DNA of 64,000 bases, taken from contig CAWJKZ010000012.1 of assembly GCA_963843575.1 (NCBI GenBank), positions 224,001 to 288,000 of the forward strand, written 5' to 3'. Of the stretch, positions 20,300 to 31,375 are shown in pieces (the first letter of the stretch is position 1; the number at the start of each line of letters is the position of its first letter). Made by a program: the position numbers and the translations under genes. The notes beneath the pieces were generated by a model. It saw only the letters and a program-made list of their open reading frames with translations, ran no database searches and was not told the DNA's origin. Source of the stretch: an uncultured Acidobacteriota bacterium. Lineage in GTDB: Bacteria; Acidobacteriota; UBA6911.

Positions 20300-21590
20300 T
20301 CAGTTGATATGGGACGCTCTGCCCGGTGTGACGGGGATCGCGCTGAAAAGCCCCTGGTTCTGCGTGAGCGCGACCACCGAGAATTTCCTGCCATCCTGGC
20401 CGATCAGGACCGCCGTGCCCCTGAAGGTCTTGCTGGCCGCGGGATCTTCGAAGAAGAACCGGGCGACCTGATGCCCCGGCGCCAGCGTGATCGGCGAGAG
20501 CGTCGCGGCGACCGTGCCGTCTTCCCTGACGGTGACCACCTTGATGGTGACGGTGTCGGTGCCGCTGGGATTGGCGACTGCATAGCCGGTGAAGCTTTCG
20601 GCCGCCTCGTCGTCGAGCACCGGGATCGTCGCGCTCGAAACGGTCTCCGCCGACAGGACTCCCGCGCTCGTCGCGAGCCTGCCGCCCGAGACGAGCTGGA
20701 AGTTGGCCGACGCCTGCCAGCGTGCCGCCGGTGCTCTCCACGCGCGCCCAACCGGCCTTCGTGCCGTCGCCGGAGTTGACGGCGTTGGCGACGATGGTCT
20801 TCGCGCCCCCCGGCGCGATCGAAAGCGGGGAGGAAGACGCCAGCACCGGACCTGCATCGGGGGCGCTCGAGCCCGCCGAAGCCTCGGCCAGCGCCGCGTT
20901 GTAGGGCGCCCCGTCCTGGCCCGTGAGGATCAACGTCCCGCTGACCGGCGTGCTCCCGGTGTTGACGAGCGTGAAGAGCGTCGAATACCCTCCGCCTGCG
21001 GCCAGGTGCGCAAACAATGCCGTGGTCGGCATCGCCTCGGCGACGTTGCTCGTGGCCGTCGTCGTGTAGATGAAGTCCCCCTGGTTGTTGCCGTTGCCGT
21101 TCGCCGCGTTTCCCGCAGCCCCGAACCGAACGGCCCCGACGGCGGCGGCCGGCGCGATCCATTGGACCGTCCAGCTGCCGGAGTTCGTTCCTTGAGAGGT
21201 GCCCACCGAGGTGTGCTCGATGTACTGAATCCCACCGGCTGCCACGACCTGCGTTCGGTCGTCGGTCGCCGCCAGGGTGCCGGCCTGCAGCCTGGAGGAG
21301 ACCGCCCGCACGGCCATCTCGAACCCCCAGCGCGACTGTCCCGCCTTCTGCAGCGAAATCGTGATGGGATACGTCTGCCCGGGAGTGTAGTTGGCGGGCA
21401 CCCCGGATATCGTCAACGTCCCCCCCGCCGTAGTTGAGCGGGTTGCCGGTGTGACACGCGTGCAGTTCGCCTCGCCGAAATCCCCCGTGCGTGCCGTAGG
21501 CGGCCCCCCGGAGAATGCCAGCACGAAACTCGCGCCACAGCACAACGTGAAGAATCCCCACAGTGACAGTTTCCAACCCTTGTTTTCCAT
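20300..21590 (-). CDS. Secreted choice-of-anchor-V/reeler-like protein with CxxCH motif and a C-terminal beta-rich domain (frameshifted)
   Basis: Signal peptide; joining frames gives FSGGPPTARTGDFGEANCTACHTGNPLN; RWGFEMAVR, AGNAANGNGNNQGDFIY; C-terminus continues in ORF 20300..20857. Confidence 0.7.
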
Positions 21591-21611
21591 TATCTTCCTC
21601 CGGATCGCCGA

Positions 21612-21645
21612 GTTCGAGAGGCTTTGAGCCTTCGACGTGAGTTCT
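21612..21645. repeat. Family C repeat in a 5' UTR
   Basis: TTCGAGAGGCTTTGAGCCTTCGACGTGAG resembles the copies at 33151 and 34780. Confidence 0.45.
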
Positions 21646-21646
21646 T

Positions 21647-21663
21647 TGCAATCGGGGAGCCAA
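21647..21663 (-). promoter_or_regulatory. sigma54 -24/-12 promoter
   Basis: Minus strand reads TTGGCTCCCCGATTGCA = TGGC-N7-TTGCA, about 56 nt upstream of the ATG at 21590 and divergent from a sigma54 activator gene. Confidence 0.7.
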
Positions 21664-21816
21664 TCCGGGGATGACCAACGCTGGTACCGTTTTATTGGGA
21701 TTTGACGGGAATCCTACTGATCGCTAGTATTAGCAGTGACACAAAACGTGACAGTGTCCGAGCCGGTTCCGGCTCAATCCGTTACGCTCAAGTATACCGA
21801 ATCGAACTCAAGGCCC

Positions 21817-23256
<1,440 letters not shown>

Positions 23257-23291
23257 ACACTGGCCGAGCACTGGCTCACTCAGGAACCGGC

Positions 23292-24037
23292 ATGACATTC
23301 ACTCCGACTGTTCGCGGCGCTCACGCTCCTGCTCGCAAGCACCATCCAGGGGTAGCCCCGCCGGCAGTACCGGCAGCCGGCCGTCCGTCGTAGCGGGCGC
23401 GTCGAGATCGCGAACCCGAAGCTGAAGTTGCGCGGCGGCGGCACCGACGCCGGCGGCGTCGTGGTGTGGCTGGTGCCCCTGCAGGAGGAGCCGGGATCCG
23501 TCGCCGTCACACTTCCCAGGGCGAGAATCGAACAACACGACAAGCGATTCGTACCCCATGTCACCGTGATCCAGGTCGGCACCGAGGTCGATTTCCCCAA
23601 CAAGGATCCCGTTCTTCCACAACGTCTTCTCGACTTTCGACGGCAGGACCTTCGACCTGGGACTCTATGCGAACGGGGAGTCCCGTACGGTGCGCTTCAA
23701 CCGCCCCGGCATCTCGTACGTCTACTGCAATATCCATCCTCAAATGAGCGCTGTCGTCGTCGCAGTCGATACCCCGTATTTCACGTCGAGCGCACAGGAC
23801 GGGACTTTCTCGCTCAGGAACGTGCCGGCCGGCAGTTACCAGTTGCGCGTCTGGCATGAGCGGAGCGATCCGCAGCAGCTGGAGGCGCGGAGGCGGATCC
23901 TCGCCGTGGAACCTCCCGCGACGGACGCAGGCGTCATCCGGCTCGACGAGGCCGCGTACATCCCCACGGCGCACAAAGACAAACACGGCGAGGATTACCC
24001 CGACCAACGCGGGCTTCCCCAGTATCGCAGGCCTTAG
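23292..24037 (+). CDS. Secreted cupredoxin-like protein with carboxypeptidase-regulatory-like C-terminal domain, frameshifted
   Basis: FVPHV..IQVGTEVDFPNKDP, HNVFS...FDLGLY, YCNIHPQM (type-1 copper ligand pattern), GSYQLRVWHE. Confidence 0.75.
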
Positions 24038-24065
24038 GGGCAATGAAAGACAAAAGCCAAAACAG

Positions 24066-24146
24066 AACGCAGATTCCGCGGATCCAACGGATTCACGCGG
24101 CCTGTCGCCAGGTCGATCCATGGGGATCCGCGCGCATCCGCGTCCT
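24066..24146. repeat. Family B palindromic repeat (ACGCGGAT units / ATCCGCGT)
   Basis: AACGCAGATTCCGCGGATCCAACGGATTCACGCGG ... GGATCCGCGCGCATCCGCGTCC. Confidence 0.7.
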
Positions 24147-24179
24147 GAGGCCGGCCCGGGAGCCGGGAGGACACGCACG

Positions 24180-25937
24180 TTGAAACTGCGCGACAAGCTC
24201 TTCCTCAGCTACGGCTCGCTTTCGGTGGTGATCCTCCTGGCTGCGGCCTGGGTGATCGACAGGCAGGTCGTGGCCGAGGCGCGCCGGCAGGTGCAGGAAG
24301 AGATGAAGACCTCGCTGCCGCTCTACGAGGCGGTGTGGGAAGAACAGGCGGGCCGCCTCTCCGCGCTCGGGATGGCGATGGCCGGATCCCCGATCGCCAA
24401 GACGATCTTCGGGGATCCCCGCGCCGCGCGCGACACGGAGACGATCCGTCAGATGCTCTCGGACTTCGGCCAGCTGCTTTCCCACGACGTCGACCTCGTC
24501 GTGATCGCCGACGGCGGCGGCCACGTCGTGTTCGTCGAGGACCGGGGTCCCGGAAAGACGGAGGTCCGCGAACTTCCATCCGCCCGGATCGTCGCGGAGA
24601 CCCAGAAACCGGCGGAGTCCTTCGAGCTCGTCGACGGCCGCCTGTTTCACCTGGCGCTGGCCCCGGTCCTGTCGCATTCGGCCGAGCGCCGGACTCGACA
24701 ACACCCTCGTGGTGCTGGTCGCGGGTTCCGAACTGGACCGCCGCATGGCGGAGGAACTCAAGCGGCGCGCCCACAGCGACGTCGTCTTTTTCGCGGGTCA
24801 CCGTCTCTATTCGTCTTCGCTCCCCGCCGAGGCGGAGAGCACGGCCGGCCGGACCCTCGCCGATGGGATGCCCGCCAGACCGAACCCACCGAGATCCTGT
24901 TGGGCGGCGAGGGTCACCTCGCCTTCGCCCGCCCGCTCGCCTCGCTCGACCGCCGCTTCGAGGGGCGCGTCGTCGTGCTGCACTCCCTGGGCGCGGCCGT
25001 CAAACTCTTCCACGCGATTTCCGGCAGGCTCGTCCTGGTCGGCTCGGCCAGCATCGCGCTCGTGCTGCTGATCAGCTACTACCTCGCCCGGAGAATCACC
25101 CGCCCCATCGAGGCGCTGGCCCTCGGCGCGCGGGAGTTCGGCAGGGGAAACTACGAGCACCCGATCGGCACCTCGCCGGGCGGCGAGATCGGACAGCTGG
25201 CGGCTGCCTTCGAACAGATGCGGCGCTCCGTGCGGGAGGGTCAGGCCGTGCTGCTGCGCGCCGAGCGCCTCACCGCCGTCGGCCGGATGGCGAGCGGCAT
25301 CATCCACGATCTCCGCAGCCCGCTCGCCGCCATCTCGACCGCCGCCGAACTCTTCGCCACCAGGGAACTCCCCGCCGAAAACCGGCAGATGCTGGCCGAG
25401 AACCAGCTGAAGGCGGCGCGGCGCATGGCGACCATGCTCAGGGACCTGCTCGAATTCGCGCGCGGCAGATACGCGCTCAACCTCGAACGCCATGAACTCG
25501 CCCCGCTGATTCAGGCAGTGGCCCGGGAAACCGTCTCCTCGGCCTCCACCCCGGGACTCGCCGTCGACATCCAGGTGCCGCCCGGGATCTACGTCCGGGT
25601 GGACCGCGAACGGCTGCGCCGCCTGTTTGTCAACCTCCTGGTCAATTCCGTCCAGGCCATGCCTGGGGGAGGGACCATCACGATCCGCGCCGCCTCCACG
25701 GGCCGGAGCGTCCGGATCAATGTCGCAGACACGGGCGCGGGCATCCCGAGCCAGCTCCGGGACCGGCTGTTCGAACCGTTTGTCAGCCACGGCAAAGAAG
25801 GGGGCACCGGGCTCGGACTGGCCGTCGCCAGCAGCATCGCCGAAGGGCATGGCGGCTCCCTCACGCTGGCCTCCGCCGTCGGCCAGCCCGCCGACTTCTG
25901 CGTCGAACTCCCCCTCGCCCCGGAGGAACAACCGTGA
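24180..25937 (+). CDS. Membrane sensor histidine kinase with HAMP domain (compensating frameshifts ~24690-24880)
   Basis: Two transmembrane segments, HAMP, IHDLRSPL H-box, NLLVNS, DTGAGI, GTGLGL. Confidence 0.9.
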   Translation: MKLRDKLFLSYGSLSVVILLAAAWVIDRQVVAEARRQVQEEMKTSLPLYEAVWEEQAGRLSALGMAMAGSPIAKTIFGDPRAARDTETIRQMLSDFGQLLSHDVDLVVIADGGGHVVFVEDRGPGKTEVRELPSARIVAETQKPAESFELVDGRLFHLALAPVLSHSAERRTRQHPRGAGRGFRTGPPHGGGTQAARPQRRRLFRGSPSLFVFAPRRGGEHGRPDPRRWDARQTEPTEILLGGEGHLAFARPLASLDRRFEGRVVVLHSLGAAVKLFHAISGRLVLVGSASIALVLLISYYLARRITRPIEALALGAREFGRGNYEHPIGTSPGGEIGQLAAAFEQMRRSVREGQAVLLRAERLTAVGRMASGIIHDLRSPLAAISTAAELFATRELPAENRQMLAENQLKAARRMATMLRDLLEFARGRYALNLERHELAPLIQAVARETVSSASTPGLAVDIQVPPGIYVRVDRERLRRLFVNLLVNSVQAMPGGGTITIRAASTGRSVRINVADTGAGIPSQLRDRLFEPFVSHGKEGGTGLGLAVASSIAEGHGGSLTLASAVGQPADFCVELPLAPEEQP

Positions 25938-26317
25938 CGGGTAAGATCCTGCTGGTCGAAGACGATCCGACCTTCCGGGCAGTCCTCGCCCTGGCGCTCG
26001 AACTGCAGGGCTACGTCGTCCGCCAGGCGTCGTGCGGCCGGAGCGCGCTCGACCTGCTGGAGAGCGAAATACCCGACATCATCATCTCGGACCTGGAGAT
26101 GGGCGGCATGGACGGACGGGCGTTCTGCAAACACACCCGGGCAGATGCGAAATTCTCCCGCATCCCGTTCGTCATCCTGTCCGCATTTGTGGACCCGGGC
26201 GTCGCCACCGGCCTGGCCGATTTGCCCGCCGACCGCTGCCTGAGCAAGCAGATTCCCGTCGCAGAACTGACCCGGTTGATCGAGGAACTGCTCGCAGCGC
26301 ACGGGAAGACCCCGTAG
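25934..26317 (+). CDS. Single-domain response regulator
   Basis: LLVEDD, IISDLEM, LSA, K; GTGA coupling to the kinase. Confidence 0.88.
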   Translation: MTGKILLVEDDPTFRAVLALALELQGYVVRQASCGRSALDLLESEIPDIIISDLEMGGMDGRAFCKHTRADAKFSRIPFVILSAFVDPGVATGLADLPADRCLSKQIPVAELTRLIEELLAAHGKTP

Positions 26318-26427
26318 TGGTCAATTACATAGATACGATGACCTGTTTTCGGACGCGGATGGACGCGGACCCACGCAGATCAAAAACAAAAACACTGGTG
26401 ACATTCCGCTTTCGGGAGACAGGCGCC

Positions 26428-27892
26428 ATGAGAATCCGCCACACCGCCTTTGCCGTCGTTTAGCGTCCTTCGTCGGGGCGGTGCCGTCCGCCTCCCCGAT
26501 CGATCAACCGGACCTGCAGGAGCAGGTGCGCAGGAGCGTCGAACTCAACGAAAGGCTCGAGCGGCTGCTCGTGGAGACCCGCCGGGAGGTGCAGGAGCTC
26601 CGCGAGGAAGTGGACCGGCTGCGGGCCAGCCTCACACCCAAGCAGCCCGCCCGGCCGGCGCCCCCCGCAGTCCCTGGCGACGAGCTGCCGGCGCGGCTGA
26701 ACCGCATCGAAGAGCAGGTCGAGGTCAACGCGGCCCAGATCAAAGAGCAGGCCCAGACGCAAGGTCGAGAGCGACTCCCGCTTCCACGTGCGCCTGTTCG
26801 GCACCGTGCTGTACAACTCCTTCTACAACTCGCACGACACCGCCGAGGACGCCGTCCCCACCGCCGCACCCCCAGGCTCGGCCAGGACCCCATAGGGACG
26901 ACGGCAACTTCGGCGCGACGTTGCGCCAGACCTCTTTGGGGTTCGCCCTGGCCGGCCCCAAACTCGGCGAGGCGAGGCTCAGCGCCGACGCCGAATTCGA
27001 TTTCTACGGGGGCACCCCCGGGGCGTACGGGAGCGACCCGCTCGGCGCCTTGCGCCTGCGCACCGCCGCGGCCCGCCTGGACGCGCGCAACGACTCGCTC
27101 GCCCTCGGGCTGATGGAGCCCATGATCTCCCCCTTGAGCCCGTCGTCCCTCGCCGCCGTGTACTACCCGCCGCTCGGCGACTCCGGGAACCTGTGGCAGT
27201 GGCTGCCTCAGACCACGGCGGAGCACCGCATACCCCTGGGCGACGCGGGCTCGCTGATCCTCCAGGGCGGGCTGATGCTGCCGTCGGGAGAGAATTTCTA
27301 CGGCAGGAACCTTCAAGGGAGGCCGGGCTACGAGTTCCGGTCGGCCTACGCCCGGGATCTCGACACCGACCGGCGGCTGCAGGTGGGAGTCGGCGGCTAC
27401 ATCCACCCGCAGAGCTTCGGCTACGGCCGCAAGGTCAATTCATACGCGGTCACCGGCGACTGGCGCATCCCGCTCCACAAACGGCTGGAGCTCAGCGGCG
27501 AAGCGTACTACGGGCAGAGCATCACCCTGAAAGCCCCCGGCGGCGCGGACGTCACCAGCCTGTTCGGCTACAGCGGCGGGCCCGACGACCCCCGCAGCGC
27601 GTTCTGGGGGATCCGCTCCGCCGGAGGCTGGGTCCAGCTGCGCGCCCGGGCGACCCCCAGGCTCGAGTTCAACGCAGCCTGCGGTTCCGACGACCCGCGT
27701 AACCGCGACATCTTCGCCGGGCTTTTCCGGTCCACCGCGACGCTCGCGAACCGGACGTTCTCGGTGAACTCGATCTATCAGCTCCGATCAAATTTCCTGC
27801 TGTCCCTGGAGTACCGGCGCCTATCGACCGTTTACCCGGACGGGCGCAGCTCCAGCGACCACGTCAACCTCGCGGTCGGCTACCTCTTCTGA
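26428..27892 (+). CDS. Outer-membrane beta-barrel/porin-like protein with N-terminal coiled coil, frameshifted
   Basis: RBS plus signal-like start, coiled coil (ORF 26481), DFYGG...LRLRTA, C-terminal VGYLF (BamA-type signature). Confidence 0.7.
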
Positions 27893-27920
27893 ACTTGGAG
27901 ATTCTTAGGGTTCGCGCAAG

Positions 27921-28028
27921 AGTACTCGTGTTCATGAATACGCTAACGTTTCCAGTACGCGGATTTGCGCGGATTCACGCGGATATCGACTTGGCCGATC
28001 CGCGTGAATCCGTTAAATCCGCGTCCTG
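27921..28028. repeat. Family B repeat with AGTACTCGTGTTCA...AATACGCTAACG terminal segment
   Basis: Near-identical to 63205-63270, and related to 50117-50168 and the reverse complement of 48668-48737. Confidence 0.75.
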
Positions 28029-28060
28029 CTGTCTTAATGCGGTGGGCAGCTCGAAGGGGG

Positions 28061-29203
28061 TCAGGGCTTGTTCGAGAAGACGTGGACGTGCCGGTCCGTC
28101 CCGGGCACGTGGAGGTTCCCGCGCGAGTCGAACGAGGGGCGCGCCTCGACAGAACGCGGGAGCTCGAAAACGGGGCGGCCGACGCCATTGGTCCCGACGA
28201 CGTGGAGCACCCCGAGAGCGTCGGCGGCAAACACAGTCCCGCCGCCGTCGAACACCGGGCCGGCCAGGAAGTATTCGCCCCCCGAAGCGTACCGGTACAC
28301 GAGTGACCCGTCCGGGGTCAGCGAGTGCACGAGGCCACCCCGGTCCGCCACCGCGATCGTCCCGTCCCGCGCTACCGCGGGAGTGGCGCCGACCGCAACC
28401 GGGAAGTTCCGGCTCCAGGCCATCGCCGCGTGCTCGAGCGACCAGGCCTTCAGCACTCCGCTGCGGGCAGCGTTCGCCACGACGTAGACGATTTTCCGCT
28501 CCTGGTCCACCACGGGTGCGGCGGAGACCAGCGCCCGGTTGGCGGGACCCGTCTCCCCCTCGGGCTGCTGGTCGAGGACGGCTTCCTTCCCATCCGACCC
28601 GATGCGGACAAACTGCACTCCCGTCTTCGCCACCGCGCGCAGGCAGTAGATGTTGTCGTCCGCGTCGGCCGACGCGGCGGCATAGGGCGATATGCCGGCG
28701 TCCCAGGACTGCTGCTCCTTGCCGGTCGCGCCGTCGAGGCAGACGAAGCGCCCGCCCCAGCTGCTCAGGACGAGGGCGCCGCGCCGCAGGACAAAAAGCA
28801 GGTCCGAGAGTATCCGGGCGTCGGACTTTGTCGGGATCTCGGTGCGCCACGCGACCGAGCCGCCGGCCGTGTCGAAGGCGTACACCCGGCCGTCGTGTGT
28901 GCCGACAAAAAGCGCCCCCCTTCCCGGGTGGAGGGCCGGGGTCGCGGAGATCCCGGCCTCCAGGCGCTTCTGCCACAGCAGCCGGCCGCCGGGAGCGAAG
29001 GCCTGCACGCCGCCCGCCATGTCCACGACATAGGCCCGGTCGCGCGCGTCGAATACGACGGAGGCACGCACGGCTCCGAGGGTGGACAGGACACGGTCAG
29101 GCCGCCCGGCCAGCGCAACGGCCCCGGCGAAGGCGCCACGCCGGGAGTTGGCGCCGCCTGCCGTGCACCAGGCTGTTTGCGGTCGGGAAGGCAGTGCAGA
29201 CAT
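28061..29203 (-). CDS. PQQ-like / BamB-type beta-propeller repeat protein
   Basis: Repeated W...TPA...G motifs (LLWQKRL..ISATPA, AWSRNF..VGATPA). Confidence 0.75.
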   Translation of the reverse strand: MSALPSRPQTAWCTAGGANSRRGAFAGAVALAGRPDRVLSTLGAVRASVVFDARDRAYVVDMAGGVQAFAPGGRLLWQKRLEAGISATPALHPGRGALFVGTHDGRVYAFDTAGGSVAWRTEIPTKSDARILSDLLFVLRRGALVLSSWGGRFVCLDGATGKEQQSWDAGISPYAAASADADDNIYCLRAVAKTGVQFVRIGSDGKEAVLDQQPEGETGPANRALVSAAPVVDQERKIVYVVANAARSGVLKAWSLEHAAMAWSRNFPVAVGATPAVARDGTIAVADRGGLVHSLTPDGSLVYRYASGGEYFLAGPVFDGGGTVFAADALGVLHVVGTNGVGRPVFELPRSVEARPSFDSRGNLHVPGTDRHVHVFSNKP

Positions 29204-29232
29204 CGGAGCCTTTTGATCTCAGTATTCTTCGC

Positions 29233-30468
29233 TCACCGTTCGGGACGGACGCGCCGGTACGTCGGCTGATACTCGAAACGGGCGGACTCCAGGTCGAGGC
29301 CGGCCACTTCCAGCTGCTTCAGCCGATTCTCCCCGAGACCCCGGCGGCGGGCCAGGGCCAGGTAGTTGATGCCGTTGGCAAACGGGTGCGTCCGGTCCGC
29401 GGCCTCCGGGTCGAACCCCATCACCACGGCCGCCACCGCGTCGGTGCAGACGGCGTTGCGCCCGGCCAGCAACAGGCCGGGACGCGTCACCGAAACCATC
29501 GAGCCGTTCCACCACCCCTCGGCCGTCTGGATCACGCTTATCGCGTCGAGCACGACCAGGTCGATCGGGAACGCCGCGTTGAGGTCCACGATGAAACGCG
29601 GCACGTTGTTGCCGTGATCCCCCGTCACCGGCGTCCCCGTGAAATAGTCCGCGGAGGTCAGAGGCTTGCGCGTGCACGTGTGCATCACGCGGTTGCGATA
29701 GTCCAGCGCGTCCTCGTCGGGGTGGTCCGCCAGGTCGTCCCCGTAGAGGCTGCTGGGCGGGATGCCGAAGAGGTTTTTCATCCCCCCGGTGATCCCCCCG
29801 GAGACGTGGCTCTTCAATTTGCCCAGCGACACCAGCACGTCGGTCTGGGTGTAGAGCTGGTTGACCTCCCAGGCGGAGGCCAGATCGCCCCCGGGAACCT
29901 TCACGACGGAGTAGCCGCCGTAAGGACCGCGGTTGCGCGTGTTCGCAAAGCGGGCGCGCCCTTCCATCGCGTCGGCGAACGCCCGGGCGTCGAAACCGTA
30001 GCCGGCAAATGCCGCCTCGTCCAGCTCGCGGAAGGGGAGCTGGTCGCAGAAGGTCACCCGCCGCGCGCCGTAATCGACCAGCAGGCTGCCGAGGGCCATC
30101 GCGACCGTCGGGTGCGCCGTGACCGTCAGGCAGAGCGGGATTCCGGCGACGTGCTCCAGGGACGTGTTCACCAGGTTGACCTTCACCGTGACGTGACGTC
30201 CCTTGACCAGCGCACGCACGCCCCCCGCATCCTCGAGCAGCCGCGCCAGGGTCTGGCGGACCTCCGCGAACCCGTACCGCTTGCACAGGCCGATGGCCGT
30301 CACCGCGCGCGGCGCGGGGATCTCGGGCAGCGCGGGGATGGGCAGCGCCGAGGCGGCGGGGACCAGCGCCGCGGCTGCCACGCACCGGAGGAAATCACGG
30401 CGCGAGGGCCATCCCCCCGGGCACTGGGGGGCTCTGCGGAAATCAACCGGCTTCATACTGTCGGCCAC
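29233..30468 (-). CDS. Tat-exported DUF362 domain protein
   Basis: SRRDFL Tat motif; VKVNLV, KLKSH, GGMKNLFG, DAVAAVVMGFDP. Confidence 0.85.
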   Translation of the reverse strand: MADSMKPVDFRRAPQCPGGWPSRRDFLRCVAAAALVPAASALPIPALPEIPAPRAVTAIGLCKRYGFAEVRQTLARLLEDAGGVRALVKGRHVTVKVNLVNTSLEHVAGIPLCLTVTAHPTVAMALGSLLVDYGARRVTFCDQLPFRELDEAAFAGYGFDARAFADAMEGRARFANTRNRGPYGGYSVVKVPGGDLASAWEVNQLYTQTDVLVSLGKLKSHVSGGITGGMKNLFGIPPSSLYGDDLADHPDEDALDYRNRVMHTCTRKPLTSADYFTGTPVTGDHGNNVPRFIVDLNAAFPIDLVVLDAISVIQTAEGWWNGSMVSVTRPGLLLAGRNAVCTDAVAAVVMGFDPEAADRTHPFANGINYLALARRRGLGENRLKQLEVAGLDLESARFEYQPTYRRVRPER

Positions 30469-30530
30469 CCCTTCGTTCAGGAAACATTATCCCACGCGTG
30501 AAGTTACCCGCGAGGAGAATCGTCTCCAGA

Positions 30531-30592
30531 CAGGACGCGGATTTCCGCGGGTCTAACGGATTCTCCGTGGATCCGCGTCAATCGGCGTCCGG
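30531..30592. repeat. Family B palindromic repeat
   Basis: GGACGCGGATTTCCGCGGG...GGATCCGCGTCAATCGGCGTCC. Confidence 0.65.
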
Positions 30593-30598
30593 AGAAAT

Positions 30599-31361
30599 TC
30601 ACTTCGAACCCGCCCGCAGCACCATTCGTTCGCCGTCGCAGCTCAGAACCGCGCCATCGGGGCGGATGGCTTCGAGGAGGTAACGGTCGCCGACATAATC
30701 CCCCTCGACATATCTCCTGCCGTTGATGAACACCAGGCGGTCCGCCCGTTCTTCGGCGTAGACCAGGACGGTCATGGTCATCGCCGCGATCGCTTCACGC
30801 AGCGGCACCGAGGCCCCGGCGGGCGCGGCGGACCCCGGCTCGGCCGTGCCGGCCACGCCCGATGGAGGCGGCGCCGGCCGGGACGCCGTGTCGTGGACAC
30901 CTTCCATCTCCCTCCCGGGCCGGGGCGGGATTTCGGGCGGCGGCGGGCTCGCCGGACGGACGGCGGTCCCCTCGGGGCGGGGCGCAGGGGCCGCGATCGA
31001 ACCCGGGCCGGGCTTTGCCTGGGCGGGTTCGCGCGCAGCCGCCGGTTCGGGGGGGCCGGGGGCGGCGGGCACGACCTCCTCCGGCGGCGTCGAGACGGCC
31101 GGGGCGGCGTTCGCCGGGGTCGATGCCGCCGGCGGCTTCCCTTCCGACGCGAGCGTCGGGGCGCTCTCGCGTCCCAAGCGTACCGAGGGAGTGCACGACC
31201 AGCCAGAAGACCCCCGCGGCGCACAACAAGATCGCTCCGGCGACCGCCCAGCTCCGGTTCCGCCCCGACGGGCGAAGCTCGTGAACCGCCATGAGGGCGG
31301 GGACGTTCTTGATGCCGCGATCCCGTTCGGCTTTTTTCAGCGCATCCAGGATGTATGACAT
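30599..31361 (-). CDS. gspB: GspB/ExeB-like type II secretion accessory protein, frameshifted
   Basis: MSYILDALKKAERDR N-terminus, TM helix, Pro-rich linker, VYAE..DRLVFINGRRYVEGD C-domain. Confidence 0.85.
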
Positions 31362-31375
31362 GCGGTTGTCGTCCT

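Noticed and set aside
27895-30501. 868-aa plus-strand ORF and similar long antisense ORFs (43097..45532, 43255..45738, 34972..36750, 33026..34657)
   Set aside because: Arg/Pro/Gly-rich shadow frames of well-supported genes, expected in high-GC DNA
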